From contig MU006090.1 in NCBI GenBank assembly GCA_010093705.1, positions 496,001-560,000 on the forward strand: a DNA stretch of 64,000 nt, in the 5' to 3' direction. This document shows, piece after piece, positions 40,221 to 54,700 of this stretch. Position 1 is the first letter of the stretch. Each line of letters begins with the position of its first letter. This DNA comes from Patellaria atrata CBS 101060 (Eukaryota). The position numbers were made by a program, and so were the translations under genes. The notes under the pieces were generated by a model that made no database searches, was not told the DNA's origin, and saw only the letters and a list, made by a program, of their open reading frames with translations.

Positions 40221-43200
40221 AAATGTACTTAGAACTTTTCTTTCACTCGGTGTCGCGGAGTCAGTTGAGAGATAAAGAGGACTATGGCGCTTAGATAAAG
40301 GTAGATGCAATCAATTTCATATTACCCATTACCTTTCAGTAGATGCTGTGAGAAGATTGCGCTATTATTACCTTAGACTTGATTAATAGGTCTACTTGCT
40401 CGACTGTTTATGTGTGTAGGCGAGAAACTAAGATTCCAGGATCATTCTCCGGAATCGAGGAACCACTTAGATGCTCTCAGAACGTGTGAAACTGACGAGG
40501 CGGATCAGCCGAGTGTGTTTTTAAGTTTATTTCAACGTTCGCAAGACGCTTGCTATCGGGTTGCGTCATGAACTAGCTCGATGACTAAACCCACGTTATA
40601 GTACCACCTTCGCAATCGTGTGATCTAAATTGAGACTTTTCGAATCTTTGTTACATTGTGTATTGGGTCGGTAAGAGCGGTGAGTATCACGGCTTCAAAC
40701 TTCACTGATGGGTTATTCTTGTTCCTATTTCGTTCAACAGTTCTAGATATTGTTCACACACTTGATTTGCCAGCCTTGGATAAGACGATTCTAACACCAT
40801 TGTACAGCACGACAGAGCGCCTTGTCATTGTGGGTGATACTATCATCTGTGAGACTGATTCAACCCGGTTAGGTATTGCAGGTAGATTTCGCAAGGCAGA
40901 GGGACAAAGAGAGGAACCGGGGACACTCCCAAAAAGTGAAGTTTACATGTGGCTTCCGTCACTAGGGGAGCTAAACGGGGCTCGTCAGCTACCTCATGTT
41001 CCTCTCATTTGAATCTGTAGACCTGACCGCGCAATCTGTAACATCCTCCAAGTCACACGAGACCTCGCACCCATTGCGGTCGACGTGCCCGAATATGGCC
41101 TGTACATCGCACAAAGCGTATACAACATCATACAGTAATGGTTCCTCGTTGCTTCATTTCAGCTACACTCAGTTAATACGGTTTTCTCAAGAATTGGGGC
41201 CTTCATCATATATACATACACAAACACAAACACTATCCGGTAATTCCGTCAAATGAAATGCAACGCTTCGATTCTTGGGTCTTGACTATTTTATCTAAAC
41301 GTGAGGTTTCAGCTGGCAGTCGTTGGAAGCTAGGTTTCAGATCCACGTTTATAAAGAGGACTTGTGCTCCCATATTCCTCTTGACGCGATTTGCTACTTC
41401 TAATATTCTCTGAGTTGTCAAGCATTTCTCACCGTCTTGTACGATATCCTAGGACTGATTGCAATCTCTCCTTCCACGTCTTTTCTGTCAGCGCACTCTC
41501 ATTCGACACAGTTGCTGTTGTACCATTCAAGTAGACATGCTCTTTCTTGTTACCCTCAGTTATGGACGACCTGCTGATTAACTTACCAGGCCAATCCCGT
41601 CATTTCTGTGAATCTCATTCCATTGGGCGGTCGAAACCTGTTATGCAGACTTTTATGATGTCCTCTGTGAGATTGACATCACAACCTCGCGGGCATGAAC
41701 GGTACACCCGGTCACACGTGGAATAAAATCGCCCATATCTCTTGGAGAGCTACGGTCTCAATTGCTGGAAATGAACGAATATCCGTGATTCTACTCCTAT
41801 CGCATATCCCAACATCGTTGTCACGGATTGGCTTGAATCTTCACTTTGTGGTATAGAGTTAGACACAACATATTCCCGCATTGATGGCAATGAAGCACAA
41901 AAGGGGCCTATATTCACTGAAGAGTAGACCTGGCCTCAAATATAAAAGGGATGCAACATTCGTATGAAAAGGGACTTTCCTCGCTGTCACTTCATCAAAG
42001 AAAAAATATCTCTCTTCAAAAGCTTGTGGCAAGTTCCTTTCTAATATAATTGCCTTAAAACCTGCAAGCGCGACCGAAATGGCAGTCAATGGAGGCACCT
42101 CAGCCTCAAGTTCTCCACCGTCTTCCCCCGACAGCGCTATTCCTCGAACCCTCCCGCAGGTTATAATGTCCTTGAAGTGTACGAACCCCCAGTGTTCGAA
42201 AGTGTATTTGTACGTATATAGCCGAACCTCTTTCTCGCTTTTCCGAATCTTGTGCAGAGCCTTGTCTTAAATTCCTTGAACAATATCGAGCTTGACTATT
42301 TAGACTTCTCTGGGTGTCTTTTACAATGTTCTGATTTCATACATGAGCCAAATATGATAATGATCAACTAACAAACCTTCAGCTTCAGCGATTGCTCCAA
42401 GATCTACTGTCCCACCTGTCATCAGCAAGGAACCGGACTTCAAGTCCATACAGACATCAGCACGAACAGCAAGACTTGAGAGTTCCCTTTTGGGCGAAGA
42501 TTCAACGTTTCCCAACTGTGCACATCAATGGAGTATCGATACGAAAATTGAGGGTTGAACAACATGTTGTCCCGAGCTTGTCAATCTCAGTCACTCCTGC
42601 ACCTTTTGTAGATGTTATCACCCTAAAACCAGTCGCTACTATGAATCTCCTTATTAGTCGAGAAAGGTTACGCAAGACCACGGAGTCCCTTACATATGGA
42701 TATCTCTGCTATCTCTGTTCTCATTCCCCAGTATCACTAGCTACAAAATATATATCTTTTCCCCGCTCCTCTGCATCTTGTTAACAGTCTGCAGTTGAGT
42801 ATGCAAATCAGGCCACATGATCACTATTACTGCTTCTCAACGTATCCCCATCCATCCACACTTGGGCGTTAATGTGCTACTCTTTCCTTGAACGGCATAA
42901 CCCTTGTCCCTGCACGGCGCAAAAGCTGTGCGAGGATACAGACGTCATCTAGCAGAAAGCTATGCAAAACGCTTCAATTGGAATATGTGAGGCATCGGTT
43001 AAACATCACAAGAAACGATTGGCAAACAGTGTGCGAAACGAAAGAAGTGGAGATATGCATATTTCACAATTCGGACGTTCCCCATCCCGAGTTTGCAAAG
43101 AGGTCTTTGATGCGTACATGCTAAAATTATGGATAGTATGTAACGGAGAAGCTGTCAATCAATATATTTGCTAGTATAACTATAGTGCTATACTGACAAC

Positions 43201-45417
43201 AGATCAACGGCATGCTTGGGCTTCTCTCCCTGTGTTTAGGCTCGGGGCTAGAACGTGGCAGAGTCGATAGCTATACGTTGTACTGTACAGCAACCTAATA
43301 CAAGAGGAGCCTGGAGATATTCCGCCAGTCCTGAACACAGGGGATAGTATTCGTACGACCACACCCTAGAAAAACTATGAATTATAGCCCTCGATCAACA
43401 AAACACACCGCGGCATATTCTCCTCGTGTTCGGAACGTAATGATGAATGAGTTCTCTAGGTCATTTCTTTCTTTTGTCCCCATGTCCTTAACATCGTGGA
43501 GGTATAATACTAACACTTGGATGTTACTGAGCGTCTATGGCATGCAACTATCCGCAATATCGTTCTAGCTTCAAAGTTAGCCGAAAGTTTTACTCAAATC
43601 AAAAGCGAATACTGTACTGTTTCCTGTATAATGGCGGCTTTCGCGGGTCAACACTTAATAGGATCTAAATCTCCTGAACAAGAAAAGGTAAGTTGATATA
43701 TCCGACTACTTGCTCGATCTTACTCAACAACTACCACACTCAATACCCATTTGTATCTTATGCACAATTACGAACCTGTGGAATTTGTGCGGAGGTCCCG
43801 GAAGACATCCCGATTGGTCATTCTGTATATAAAACCAGCCCGATTTCAGGAGTTTATTCCGATCAGATCTCAACTTTCATCCTATAAAACATTTCGAAAT
43901 TCTCTACACACTCTAGCTGGTTGAATATTCTTCTTTATTCTCTTCTTATGGATGTCGTTCTAACTTCAATCAGCGCCGCTTCCAACTTCTCTCCTTCCCC
44001 TACTTAACGTATTGTTTTTCTGTAGCGGCCGTGACCCAGGAGCTAGGTAGCTATGGTGGGATGGTCACACTCGGGGTTCACCAACTCATCTTCTCATGTC
44101 CATCGCCCTCGGTATGCCGTTCAGCCAATCATAATGTCCCCAGCCATGCGGAGGTAAGCTCCGGCCGCAGCAGCTATACGAATGACCAGCAAAATCTGCC
44201 TACATAATACTGGGCAAAAGGGACGATACTCTAATGAGGATGAATTCAGTTTCCGCAGCGAACGCTTCGTGGTTGAGGGTGATTGGAGAGGTGGTGAGAT
44301 AGTGAGGTTCAAAGATCGATTAACTATTAGGGGATCGATCGTACTACACTTCGCTCGGAAGACTTCTTTTACCAACATGGCTTGAAAGTTGTAATGAACA
44401 AGGGTGGTCTGATCCTCGAGAGCGACATCGGCCCATTGTTGACTTCGACTGCAAGCTGTCCGTACCAGCGTGTGAAGCGGCAGGCCCTTATCTCAGGGGC
44501 ACTTACTCTCCGGGGGCACGAATAGGGGTTCAATGTATGCCAGGACCCTTGACCCTAAGGTTCTTCCAGATGTAGCATTACCCTATCGTGTGGAATCTCC
44601 AGGTGGGAAATATACTATGGCGAGATATCTGGATGACCTTATTTCCGGCAAGAAAACCTTCGGCCAGAGTACACTTCTGTATATCTACATCAGACTGAGC
44701 TGCGTCATCTCTTTCTGAGGTTCCTCACTAGAACACACCCTCTAGTAACCATCCAATTGCTTCTCGAAGTCCCATTTCGCCGGTATCCAATCCCGAGGGA
44801 AAACTCCAAACTCTACCTACGCTCACGGACACATATCAGACGATTAAGATCAGTGATCCATAGGTCTCTTTCTGGATAACCAACAATGGAGCTAACATAC
44901 TTCTCGAAGAAATTGCGTACATGGAAGGAGATAACGGTGTTATATACCAATACAACTATTGGATATTCCATTGTCAGTACGCACCTTGGTCAAGAAGGTT
45001 AGGTAACTTACTCACCGCACTTTCCTTCCCGAGAAGAGCTTCACGCCATGCCAGTCACCTCATGCATCCCTCTGTATTCCCACAATAGTGTCTTAGATGC
45101 AGTAAGCAGAAAAGTTAAGAGAAAGTTATAGATAAGCTAACATATTGGACTCAGACCACTTCGAAAGCATGACGAAAAGATATTGGCTTGGCGAATTGAG
45201 CCCTATGCTGCAATTTTCGTCGTTAACCTGTATTGCCGAGCCAGATGAAACAATTAGGAGGCACAAGAGAACAAAAGAGCAGCCCAAACTCCTTAGTATT
45301 GACAACTCCGATCTTCGGATAACGGAAGTGAAGGTTAAGGAAACTCGACTCATCCATCCCTCTTTCCACGATCAACATATCCATTCAACCCAGATGGCTT
45401 CCCTCAACAAACAACTC

Positions 45418-46771
45418 CTAAGCTCTACCCTTCCCCCGTCCCCACTTCGGCATCCAACTCCCACCCTCAAGCTTCGCATACTTCCCCTTCTCCCGCCTCC
45501 CAAAACAGCACCCGACAAAGACCGTAGCGGTGATGATACCGCAAACCGCCGCCAACACGATGCCAGCCCAGCGCGCATAATTCTTTTTCAATTAGCACAT
45601 CCGTACACCATCCCCCAAGCCACACCCGTAAAAGAAGCAGCCAGAAATAAGGAGAGGGAAAGTAAACTCACCGCCTCGGCACACAAAACCCCCCACGGCA
45701 CCCCAACTCCCCCATACAAGTCCCGATCGGTATGACTGCAGCTCCACGTGCGGAAACTATGTTTGCCCCCGTCCAGCCGGGCCTCGAACTGCAGGACCAC
45801 GGACACGAGCGTCCAACATGCGCTTAAACCTCCCACTAACAGGACTACTAACAGGCCCGCCCACGCGGAGGAGAGGTACCTAAAACACGCATATTAACAC
45901 TGCAAACCACCCCCCCTAACTCAACGACGCGGTAATCGGAAGGGAAACACGAACCTAAACCCCCGCGAAACGCTAGCGATAACGAACACCCCCGCCAAGA
46001 CGAACGACAACACACCAAGCGCGAGATACGCTTTCAGCGCTCTCTCGTCGATGCCGGCGCGCGGCCACGCGGAGACCCAGTCTCGGTCCGCGGCGCCGGA
46101 GGTGTTGGTCTGCAGGACCCATTTTCCGTTGTCGCGAGTGCGACGGTATGTAGCGTAGATATGGGCGGAGGTGCCAATTATGACGGCGGAGAGGGTGAGG
46201 AGGATGAGGAGAAGGGTTAAGCGGATGCGGGCGAGGGTTTTGGGCCAGGTGGAGTGTGAGCGGGGGGGATGGGGGTGGGTAGAGCGCAGACGTTCGAAGG
46301 GATGGGGGGAGGGCGAGGGAGAGGTGAGGGAGATCCGGGGTGGGACGCTGTGGGAGCGGCTGGAGTGGTGGGTGTGGTGGGCGTCGAGGGAGGGGCGGCC
46401 GGAGCGGGTGGAGGGGTCGTAGGTTGAGGTTAGGTGTTTGTCTTTTTTCGGGGTTTGTTAGCGTGGTGCAGCAGGTATATCTACTATATGTAATATATAA
46501 CGTCCGGTATGGTTATGGAAGATATAAGTGGGACTCCCTTAATCCTGGCGATCGTAAATCCGGCTTCTCCCTGTTGTGCGTGAGGGAATATCATCCCGAT
46601 ACATGGTGATGCTCGTGCGAAACGACAGAGATAACGACACTCACCGCGTTCCAACAATGTCATCTCGTCCGCTATCTCGGCCATTTCGACCCTATCGACA
46701 TCGCTGAGCGCGCGGGAGTGGCGCGGGTTATAGCTCGTGCTGCTCTCGCTGAGGGGGTTGTAGGATGCCAT
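45418..46771 (-). CDS. Four-transmembrane (MARVEL-like topology) fungal protein, ~328 aa; exons 46771-46645, 46441-45955, 45879-45672, 45582-45418
   Basis: Spliced frame gives four hydrophobic helices (IRLTLLLILLTLSAVIIGTSAHIY; AYLALGVLSFVLAGVFVIASV; WAGLLVVLLVGGLSACWTLVSVVL; YARWAGIVLAAVCGIITATVFVG) and a loop Cys pair (WSC..LC); exon phases are consistent. Confidence 0.8.
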
Positions 46772-48467
46772 TTCCGGGTGAAGTTGGGGTGAGGAGGAGT
46801 CTGAAGGTCGGAAGGAATGGGAAGGAGGTTTGGAAGGGGAGAATGGGAAGAGAAGTTTGTATGGGCTTTTGGAGGAGGATGTATGAGATGTGAAGGAAAA
46901 AGGGGGAAGAGAAGTAGAACTATAAGGAGATCAGGGGGGAGGAAGGTAGAACTATGTAGTAAAGACTTCTAAGCTAAACGTCCTTTCTCAATCCTCACCA
47001 AAGCACTCAATCCCAAAGAACGAGACGGAGACTCAGTTGAAGTGTACAGTAACGAGAGAAAAACAATACTTAAGAACGAGAACCTGAGGGATCATTTTCC
47101 TTACCTCACTTACCTTGCGCACATACTTCAGGGCGCAGTATTTCCTGACTAAGGTGTGGAAATATAGAACTAGATTCCCTACCTTACTCATTTGCTTTGC
47201 TTAGGTCTCTAACGGCTGTGAGAACTCAAAATAAGAGTAAGTACCGTAAGCATATTTTGTTTGTATCTTGCATGTGTCAGCGTCGGAGGGTCAAAAATAG
47301 CTACCGGCGCTAGAGTTGGAGATTCCTGTTTGTGGATTAGGTTATGCCCTAGGACTGGTTTTAGCTCCTTTCGCTTGTGCTTTTGAGCTAATCAAAACGG
47401 TTTACGTTCCCTTAAGTCTTCTACATATCAAAAGTCGACTGGTATACACAAAAGTTATAGAAACCATAGTACTGAATAGAACTACCCTCACTGTCACAAA
47501 ACAATTATTCTTCCTCTAGAACTACCGTGCAAACCTACAGACTCACACTCCCTCGGAATCGGATCACGGCCGGCTCAGCATCCGAGAAGATGCGTTGAAA
47601 CGTGGCGCAGACAAACGCCAGCCGGTTCTACTGTGAGATACCTGAGACATAAAAACTCGGAAGCCCACCGTGCCGCGAGGCTTGTCAGCGAATTCCCATT
47701 TCGCATACTGTACCGGGAAGTTAACCGCTAGGACACTTTCGACGTACCAGCCAGACTTGGCACAGATCCATTTGTTCTTCGTTCAAGGTACGGTCATAAA
47801 ATATCGGCATATCCATATCGCAAAAGACTCGAGCACATGATATCACAAAGTCCCATCTCACCCAGCACGCATCCTGAAATTTGTAACATCTATTTCGTTA
47901 CCTGGTACCGCTATAAGTCTAAGAGTGAAGTTGTCCGATAAAGATCATAGACATGCACTCTAACAATCATATTCCTCCCATCAACCTCCCCAGCAACCCT
48001 CACCATCTTCCCACCTCGCATCCCTATAACGCGTCCCCATCAGATGAAACCTTGCTTGATAACGGGGGAACCCTCCCACCCCACATCCACAGATCCTCCA
48101 GTAGCAAAATACAAAGATGTTGCCGCCAAAAACACTACTCAGGTATCAAGCAGTCCTTGTCAAACGCACACATTCAGTAAAGAAAAAGGGGAAGCGGGGG
48201 ATAATGAGGACAGAGATCCTCTATTAATACACGCAACAACAGGAAAAGGAAAGTTACCCCTGGTGTCATAATCCTTCCACTACCATTAGAGCTAGGTAGT
48301 GTAAGAAAGGGGTAATAGTACTCGGGTCGCCCCAGACGAAAGCAGAACTTTTGGGTGACCGAATAGAGAGACCGGAGATCGATCGTTTGCGCCATTCGCC
48401 AGAGATGAAATACCAAATTGGAGAGGATAGAGATCCAATGGTAGAATTGGTACGAAGTGCGAAGTAC

Positions 48468-50941
48468 TTAAGCCTTCTCGCCTTCAGGCTTAGCTTCTGC
48501 CGCGTCCTTACCGTCCTGTCCGTCTTCGGGATCCTTCGCTTTGACGTACTCATCGTAAACACTCATAGCCTCCTCGACCTTGGCGCGAAGAGCTGAATCG
48601 TCGTTGGTACTGGAATAGAGTTAGTTTGATGAAAGTTCATTGTTAGGTAAAGTAGACTTACAGATTCAACAACTCAGCGTTGTCCATCTCAAGCAACATG
48701 CCCGTGATCTTACCAGCGAGCTCCGGCTGCTGCTCATGAATCTTGGGATACAGAGCCTCACCAAGTGTCTGCTTCTGCTGTTGCGGCGTCAACGAAGTGA
48801 GGACGTTGACGTCAATACCAGATGCCTGACCCGGGACTGGGCCGTTGGGTCCAGCACCACGACCGCCCTGGAGGAAGGGTTGGGCTGGTCTGCCACTTGG
48901 CATATTACCACGACCAGCACCTTGTTGACCGGAGAACTGTGGAATTCCACCTCCACGCATGGCTGGAGCTGCTTGAGGAAGGCTTGGCATACCTCCCATT
49001 CCTGGAATCGGGGCACGAGCACCTGCACCGCGACCACCCATAGCGGCTTGCTGAGCGGCTGCGGCGAGTTGCATGTAGGCTGGACCATATGCTTGGGGGG
49101 AGAAGCCCGCTTGCATTGGAGGTAAACCGTACATAGGAGGTAATTGCTGTGCATTTTGAGCGCCGCGACCACCCTGCTGAGGAGGGATAGGGCCGGGGAA
49201 ACCAGCACCACGACCGCCTTGAGCACCTGGAATGCCTTGTGGGAATGGCATTTGACCACGTGCTCCTGGGGGGAAGATTGGTTGTTGACCGGGTCCGAAG
49301 AACATCTGGGGTTGCATGTACTGCTTGCATAAGTATTAGTTTAGCTGATCATCTAATTCCGATCTCAAGCTTACCTGATTGGGCATTCCAGCCGCTGCTG
49401 CTGCCTGTTGCATACGGATCTGGTTACGAGCTTGAATTGTGGCTTCCAACTACCAAATTGTTAGATATTGAATCTTGCCCGCAACGAGATGCAGGGTTAT
49501 TACTCACCTGACTCTTGCGGACATCTTTACGTTGAGCCAAGGCAACATAGAGAGGCTTGTTATTGACCATCTTCTGGTTCATCTCCGTGACAGCCTTTGT
49601 CGCCTCATCTGGGTTGCTGAAGCAGACAAAGCCGAAGCCTTTGCTCTTGCCCAAGATCTTCTTCTCCCCCTTGATGGTGATCTTGTCCTGCTCCCCTTTG
49701 CCGTCCTTCTTCTCGCTATCAGAACCCTCATTATCACCGTTCTTCTCCTCTTTGGCGCTCTCTTCACTCTTCTCTTCTTGAGGTGTCGATGAAGAATCAG
49801 CAGGAGTGGTATCTCGCATAACCTTGGCAGAGGTGATGGTTCCGAATGGGGTGAAGATATCCCTCAGCTTCTCATCGTCGACGTCGTCATCCAGATTCTT
49901 GACGTAGAGGTTCACACCTTGATACTTAGACTGCTTTTCGATACGTGCAGCCTCATACTGCTTGCGCAGCTCTTCCTCACGTTCATGCTTCTTTTGGGCG
50001 CGACCGACATACAGCTTCTGGCCCTTGAAATCTTTATCGTGAAGTGCATCGACGGCAGTCGCAGCGTCCTCGTGCTTGACGAAATTGACAAACCCAAATC
50101 CACGGCTCTTTCCAGTCTCATTATCGTGAGCAAGGGAAGCAGACGTGATCGGACCGTACTTCTCGAACAACTCACGGAACTCGTCATCGGTAACCTCAAG
50201 ATCCACGTTCTTGACGTAGATGTTGGTGAAGTTGGCCTTCATCTCCTCGAACTTGCTCATACGATCTTTCTTGGGAATATGATGACCGACGAACACCTTC
50301 TTCTCGTTAAGAAGCATACCATTGACGTGTTTGATAGCATTGTTGGCGGCCTCCGCCGTCTCGTAGTGAACGAACCCGTATCCTTTGGAGTTACCAAGCT
50401 CATCTTGCGCAACTTTGCAGCTGAGGATGTTGCCAAAGGCAGCAAAGGTATCGTGAAGGGCTTTGTTGTCAATAGCCACATCCAAGTTCTTGATAAAGAC
50501 GTTGCCTTGACCAGTCTTGCGAAGTGCAGGATCGCGTTGAGACCACATGATTCTACATGGTTTGCCCTTAATCACAGTGTAGTTCAAGTCCTCGAGAGCC
50601 TTCTCTCCATCTTCCGCGCTGTTGTAGTTGACATAAGCATATCCAAGGGAGCGACGGGTTACAGCGTCACGGCAGACACGGATCGAAGCAACCTGACCGA
50701 TAGAGGAGAAGAGTTCGAAAAGCATAGCCTCGGTGACAGAGGGATCGAGCTCACCGACATAGAGAGAGGCGGAATTTGGATGAGCGGAAGATGGAGCAGC
50801 AGATATCGGGGTTGGTAGTTCGCCGCCAGAGGGCATCGAGCTGACATTTGTGTTTAAGCTGGTTCCGTTGGCACCACTATCAGCGGGAATCGCGGCATTG
50901 CCAGCAACGGGAGATGGGGATTTCGCTACTTCAGCAGACAT
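48468..50941 (-). CDS. PAB1: Poly(A)-binding protein, ~769 aa; exons 50941-49508, 49449-49375, 49320-48662, 48609-48468
   Basis: Four RRMs ([40 protein letters not shown]), P/G/Q/M linker, MLLE domain ([20 protein letters not shown]). Confidence 0.97.
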
Positions 50942-51239
50942 TTTCGCGAAAGCTTTGGAGATAAGAGGTTAGTTGCGATTAACAAGGCCTGGAGTAAATG
51001 CAGAGGCGACAAAGACAGGTTCTGTGATTCGTACTGTTCTGGTTTTTGGAAGAGGTCCTATGGAGCTGTCGGACCTCGGATCAGTAAAAGGGATAATTTT
51101 CTAGATTTCTGATGACCGTTCAGGTGGATGCAGCGTAGAGCCAGACGAGCGATAGTAGGAACGAGTTGGAGACGCACGAGAGATTTTATCTTTGAAATTG
51201 ATGTGAAAGGTGTTCACTCGATAAAGTTGTTGGACTGGG

Positions 51240-51286
51240 TTTTCTGGATTTTCAAGTTTTTTTTGTCAACTTTACGAAGTTTTTTT
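51240..51286 (-). promoter_or_regulatory. A-rich tract in presumed PAB1 5' leader
   Basis: A7, A8 and A4 runs on the PAB1 sense strand ~300-345 nt upstream of the ATG; probable 5'-UTR intron at 51034-50953. Confidence 0.45.
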
Positions 51287-51726
51287 GGAGGGGGAGGCTG
51301 GGGCAAACGAGAGAAGGACTTCAGGTGAAGTTCTCTCACAGTTGTAGACTGAAGGGATTTTTGTTTGGAGGGTCGAAGGTTGAAAGGGAAAGGGCGACGC
51401 TGATGCTCAAAGAAAAATATTCCATGTGCACCTGCGTGCCTGCCATTCCTAATTAGGAGACGACCTTGGCATCACGTGCAACCCAAGGTATTACTTGTAT
51501 CTGACAGCTCATTACTTAAGGAGATTGTGAAACGTTTCATATCAGTACTTAATGCACTCATCATAGCAGTCATTATTTACTAAGCTATATTGTACAGTAA
51601 TACAGTACTATCCGGTGAAAATATCACACTTAGTACAGAGTACAGTACTGGAAGAAAAAGAGGTTTAGTTATAAACACAAAGGGGTATCCGACATATGTA
51701 CACCTCGAATCCATGGCAACTCCTAA

Positions 51727-54700
51727 TTATACCTGCAAACTTTCGTCCCATCCGCCTTGTTGAACCAAAAACTCCTCCACTCTTTCCTTACAGTCTGCCA
51801 ACCCCTTTCCAAGTGCCTCAGCCCACTGCCCTTCAACAAGGCCAACCTTCTCCTTGAGATCAGCAGTCAGGCGAGCTTCTTCGTCATGTCTGACTGCATT
51901 CATCTCCGCATCTACCTCAGCGAAGTTTTCACCAGCCATCAGCCGTTGGGTTTCGAGAAGCCGGGAACCCGCTGTCATGACCCCAGTCTTAACCTCGTGC
52001 AACAAACAGAGAAGATTGGTTTGTGACTCGATGAATTGATAAGCCGACTTCTCGGTATGGACGAGCAGTGAATAGAGGTATTGCATGGGGTAATCATGAT
52101 ATTGTGGGCTCTCCTCATATTCCGTAGGGGGGATGAGAATTTCGAATCCATGCAAGTTTGAAGGGACTTTCTGAATGACGGTGAGAAGACCCGGTGCAAT
52201 GTCCCAAAATGCGGAAAGCTGTAGCTCGACGCCACGAGTAACATTCTCCTCGATGATACTCATGAATTCCTCGATACGCTTCAAAGTGTCTTTTTCAAAT
52301 GCAACTTTCCTGTCTTGGCGATCTTGCTTGAAAAAGTTCTCGGCCTCTTGGTATTTAGCATCATTACCAGCAAGTATGTAGGGCGTCAATATGACAGCTT
52401 TGTATCGGTCATTGCGCTCATCCTCTAGCTCGAAATGCTCCCGGTGGAGTAGATCTCGAGCTTCGAATAGCCACTTGAGCAAGGTCAATGTCTCCAGTAG
52501 CTCCGGTTGTTCGTCACCCTCTTCTTGTGTCAGATTAGGGTTCGATTTTTGAGCTTCATCGAATAGATTGTTGCGCAGGTGATCAATTGACGCCGTGGCT
52601 CTGCGAATCCTTTCCAAGAACAGTGCATTGAGGGGATTGAACACTTCCTTCTGGAAGGTATCAAATTCTTGTTGCGCCTTTTGCTTGCCATATTGCGCTT
52701 CAGCAGCATCAAACTCGGCTTCTGTCTTAGCCGCATCGGCAAAAGACATGTACCCATCGCGAATTTTCTCTTGAATATCCATGCGAAGTCCCTGACGACG
52801 TTGGTTTGCGTCTGCTTTCTCTTGTTCTCTTTGAGTCGCAATCTTAGTCTTGAATCTTTCTTTGATGATGCTTGAGTCATCAAGCTCTGTTAGAGCGCGC
52901 CAATTTGACCTAATGTTAGCAAGATCCGGATGGTTATTTTCCAAAGCCGGGTGATGCCTTGGATACGGAGGAGGTAAGGTAACAAGTCTCGACACATCTA
53001 GTTTCCAGGGGTCGGGAGTAGCAGGAGCAGAGTGCATGTAGAACTGCACGGTAGATGCTCCCGGTGTAGCTTCCCCGTTATCATGCCACCCAACCTTTTC
53101 GGGAGGATATTCATTCGGGCCGTAGGAGTAAGATGGGGTCTGCTCGCTAGGACCAGGAGTCCCTCCCCCACGTGGGGAAGATTCTGCCTCCCATTGCAAG
53201 TGTTCGCGGGCTTCTCGGGGTAGTCCCATGTATTTAGATTCCCTTTTACTCCGTTCAAGCTTTTTCCCACCACGTCCAGCTGAGCCATTCGCACTTTCTT
53301 CCCACCACCGACTTGCAGACCTTCCACGTGAACCTTCCTCATCAGGGTCAGGGACTGTGCTCATCGCCATGCTTGGAATGGGGGAAAGACAGGGCTGGAA
53401 ACCACCAAAAGCATCCCCGCGGGTTCGTCCTGGCGTGGCGCTTGCCGGGGACTCTCCTTCAGTAATTGGCGTGTAGTTTGCACTTGACGCCGGGCTAGGA
53501 GCTGTGGTACGAGAGTCTGAGTAGTCGTCCATAGAAGATCTCGAAGTTCGAGTATTGATAGTTTGAGGTGCGGTTGTGATAGGCGTAGTTGATCGTCGAC
53601 CACCAGAATTGTAAGAGCGCCACATATCCCGAGTCAAATCTAGTATATCACTTGCCATACTATCGAATGCAGCTGAATACTTATCCCTCCTCAGCCTTGA
53701 TTCAGCTACTATGAATTCTGCGAAAAGCTCTAATCGTTCTTGATCGGTCTTCGCAGCCGATTCCTTCTCAATAAATGCACGATGACGGTTGATGGACGTC
53801 TGCGCAAAACTGTCCACATCAGTCGGCTTAGGTGTTTTGCTTGTAAGTCCCGCAGACGGTAAGTCAGCGGAAGGAAGACCAGCAGAAGGTAAGCCAGCTG
53901 ATGGGGGTCTTGAGGGGACCAACGGAGCAGGCATGGAATTGTCCTCGTTAGGAGTATGTAATATGTGGGATATCGGCCTATTTTGTGAATTGTGCGAACC
54001 TACTGAAAGGCTAAAGGACGAGGGTAAATCTTCCCTAGACCGGTTGAATGGTGGAGTCGGTAGTGTTTTTGAGGATAGTGCTGTGGAAGCACTCTTCATA
54101 CGAGCAGAGTTCCATCCTTCCGTGGCCGGTGAGAATGGTGGTGTGGGAACAGAAGCTTCAGTTGATAAAATTCTTTCGGATGTGTTCGCTCTAGGTGTGG
54201 AGTAGCTTGACCCTGGGGTCTGCAAATCACCGTAAGGTTTCTTCATTTGCCCACTAAGTGGAGTGTCCTGTGGGGTCGAAATGCTTTTCCCTCTGCTATG
54301 AGCTGACTGTTTGACCGTTCGTCGGCGGCTGATAGCCCCATTTACCGCAGGTAGGATCAAATCGGCTGGTTTAGCAGCTTGCGAGGACGATCCATTGGAT
54401 GATGCAACCGACTCCATATCTTGGGCCCAAGGGTTGTTACTCGGTTCAATTGCGCTTTGTGCCTCAGTCATCCTCTCTCTTGCAGCTCTGCTTTCACTTC
54501 TCCTTTCCCTGATACCACGTGCACTAGGCTCTCTTCTTGCAGGGGTGCGACTCAATCCACCTGAACTTGAAGGATGCGCCGTATGGGGTTCTGTAATATT
54601 TTGAGCTTGATAAGACGCAGTATCCTGAGCCCTGCTACTCTGTGGTAAACCGCTATAGCTCGTATCGACCTGGAGACCTCTCATGCCAGATGCACGGCCC

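Noticed and set aside
49919..50818. 299-aa + strand ORF
   Set aside because: Antisense shadow of codon-biased PAB1.
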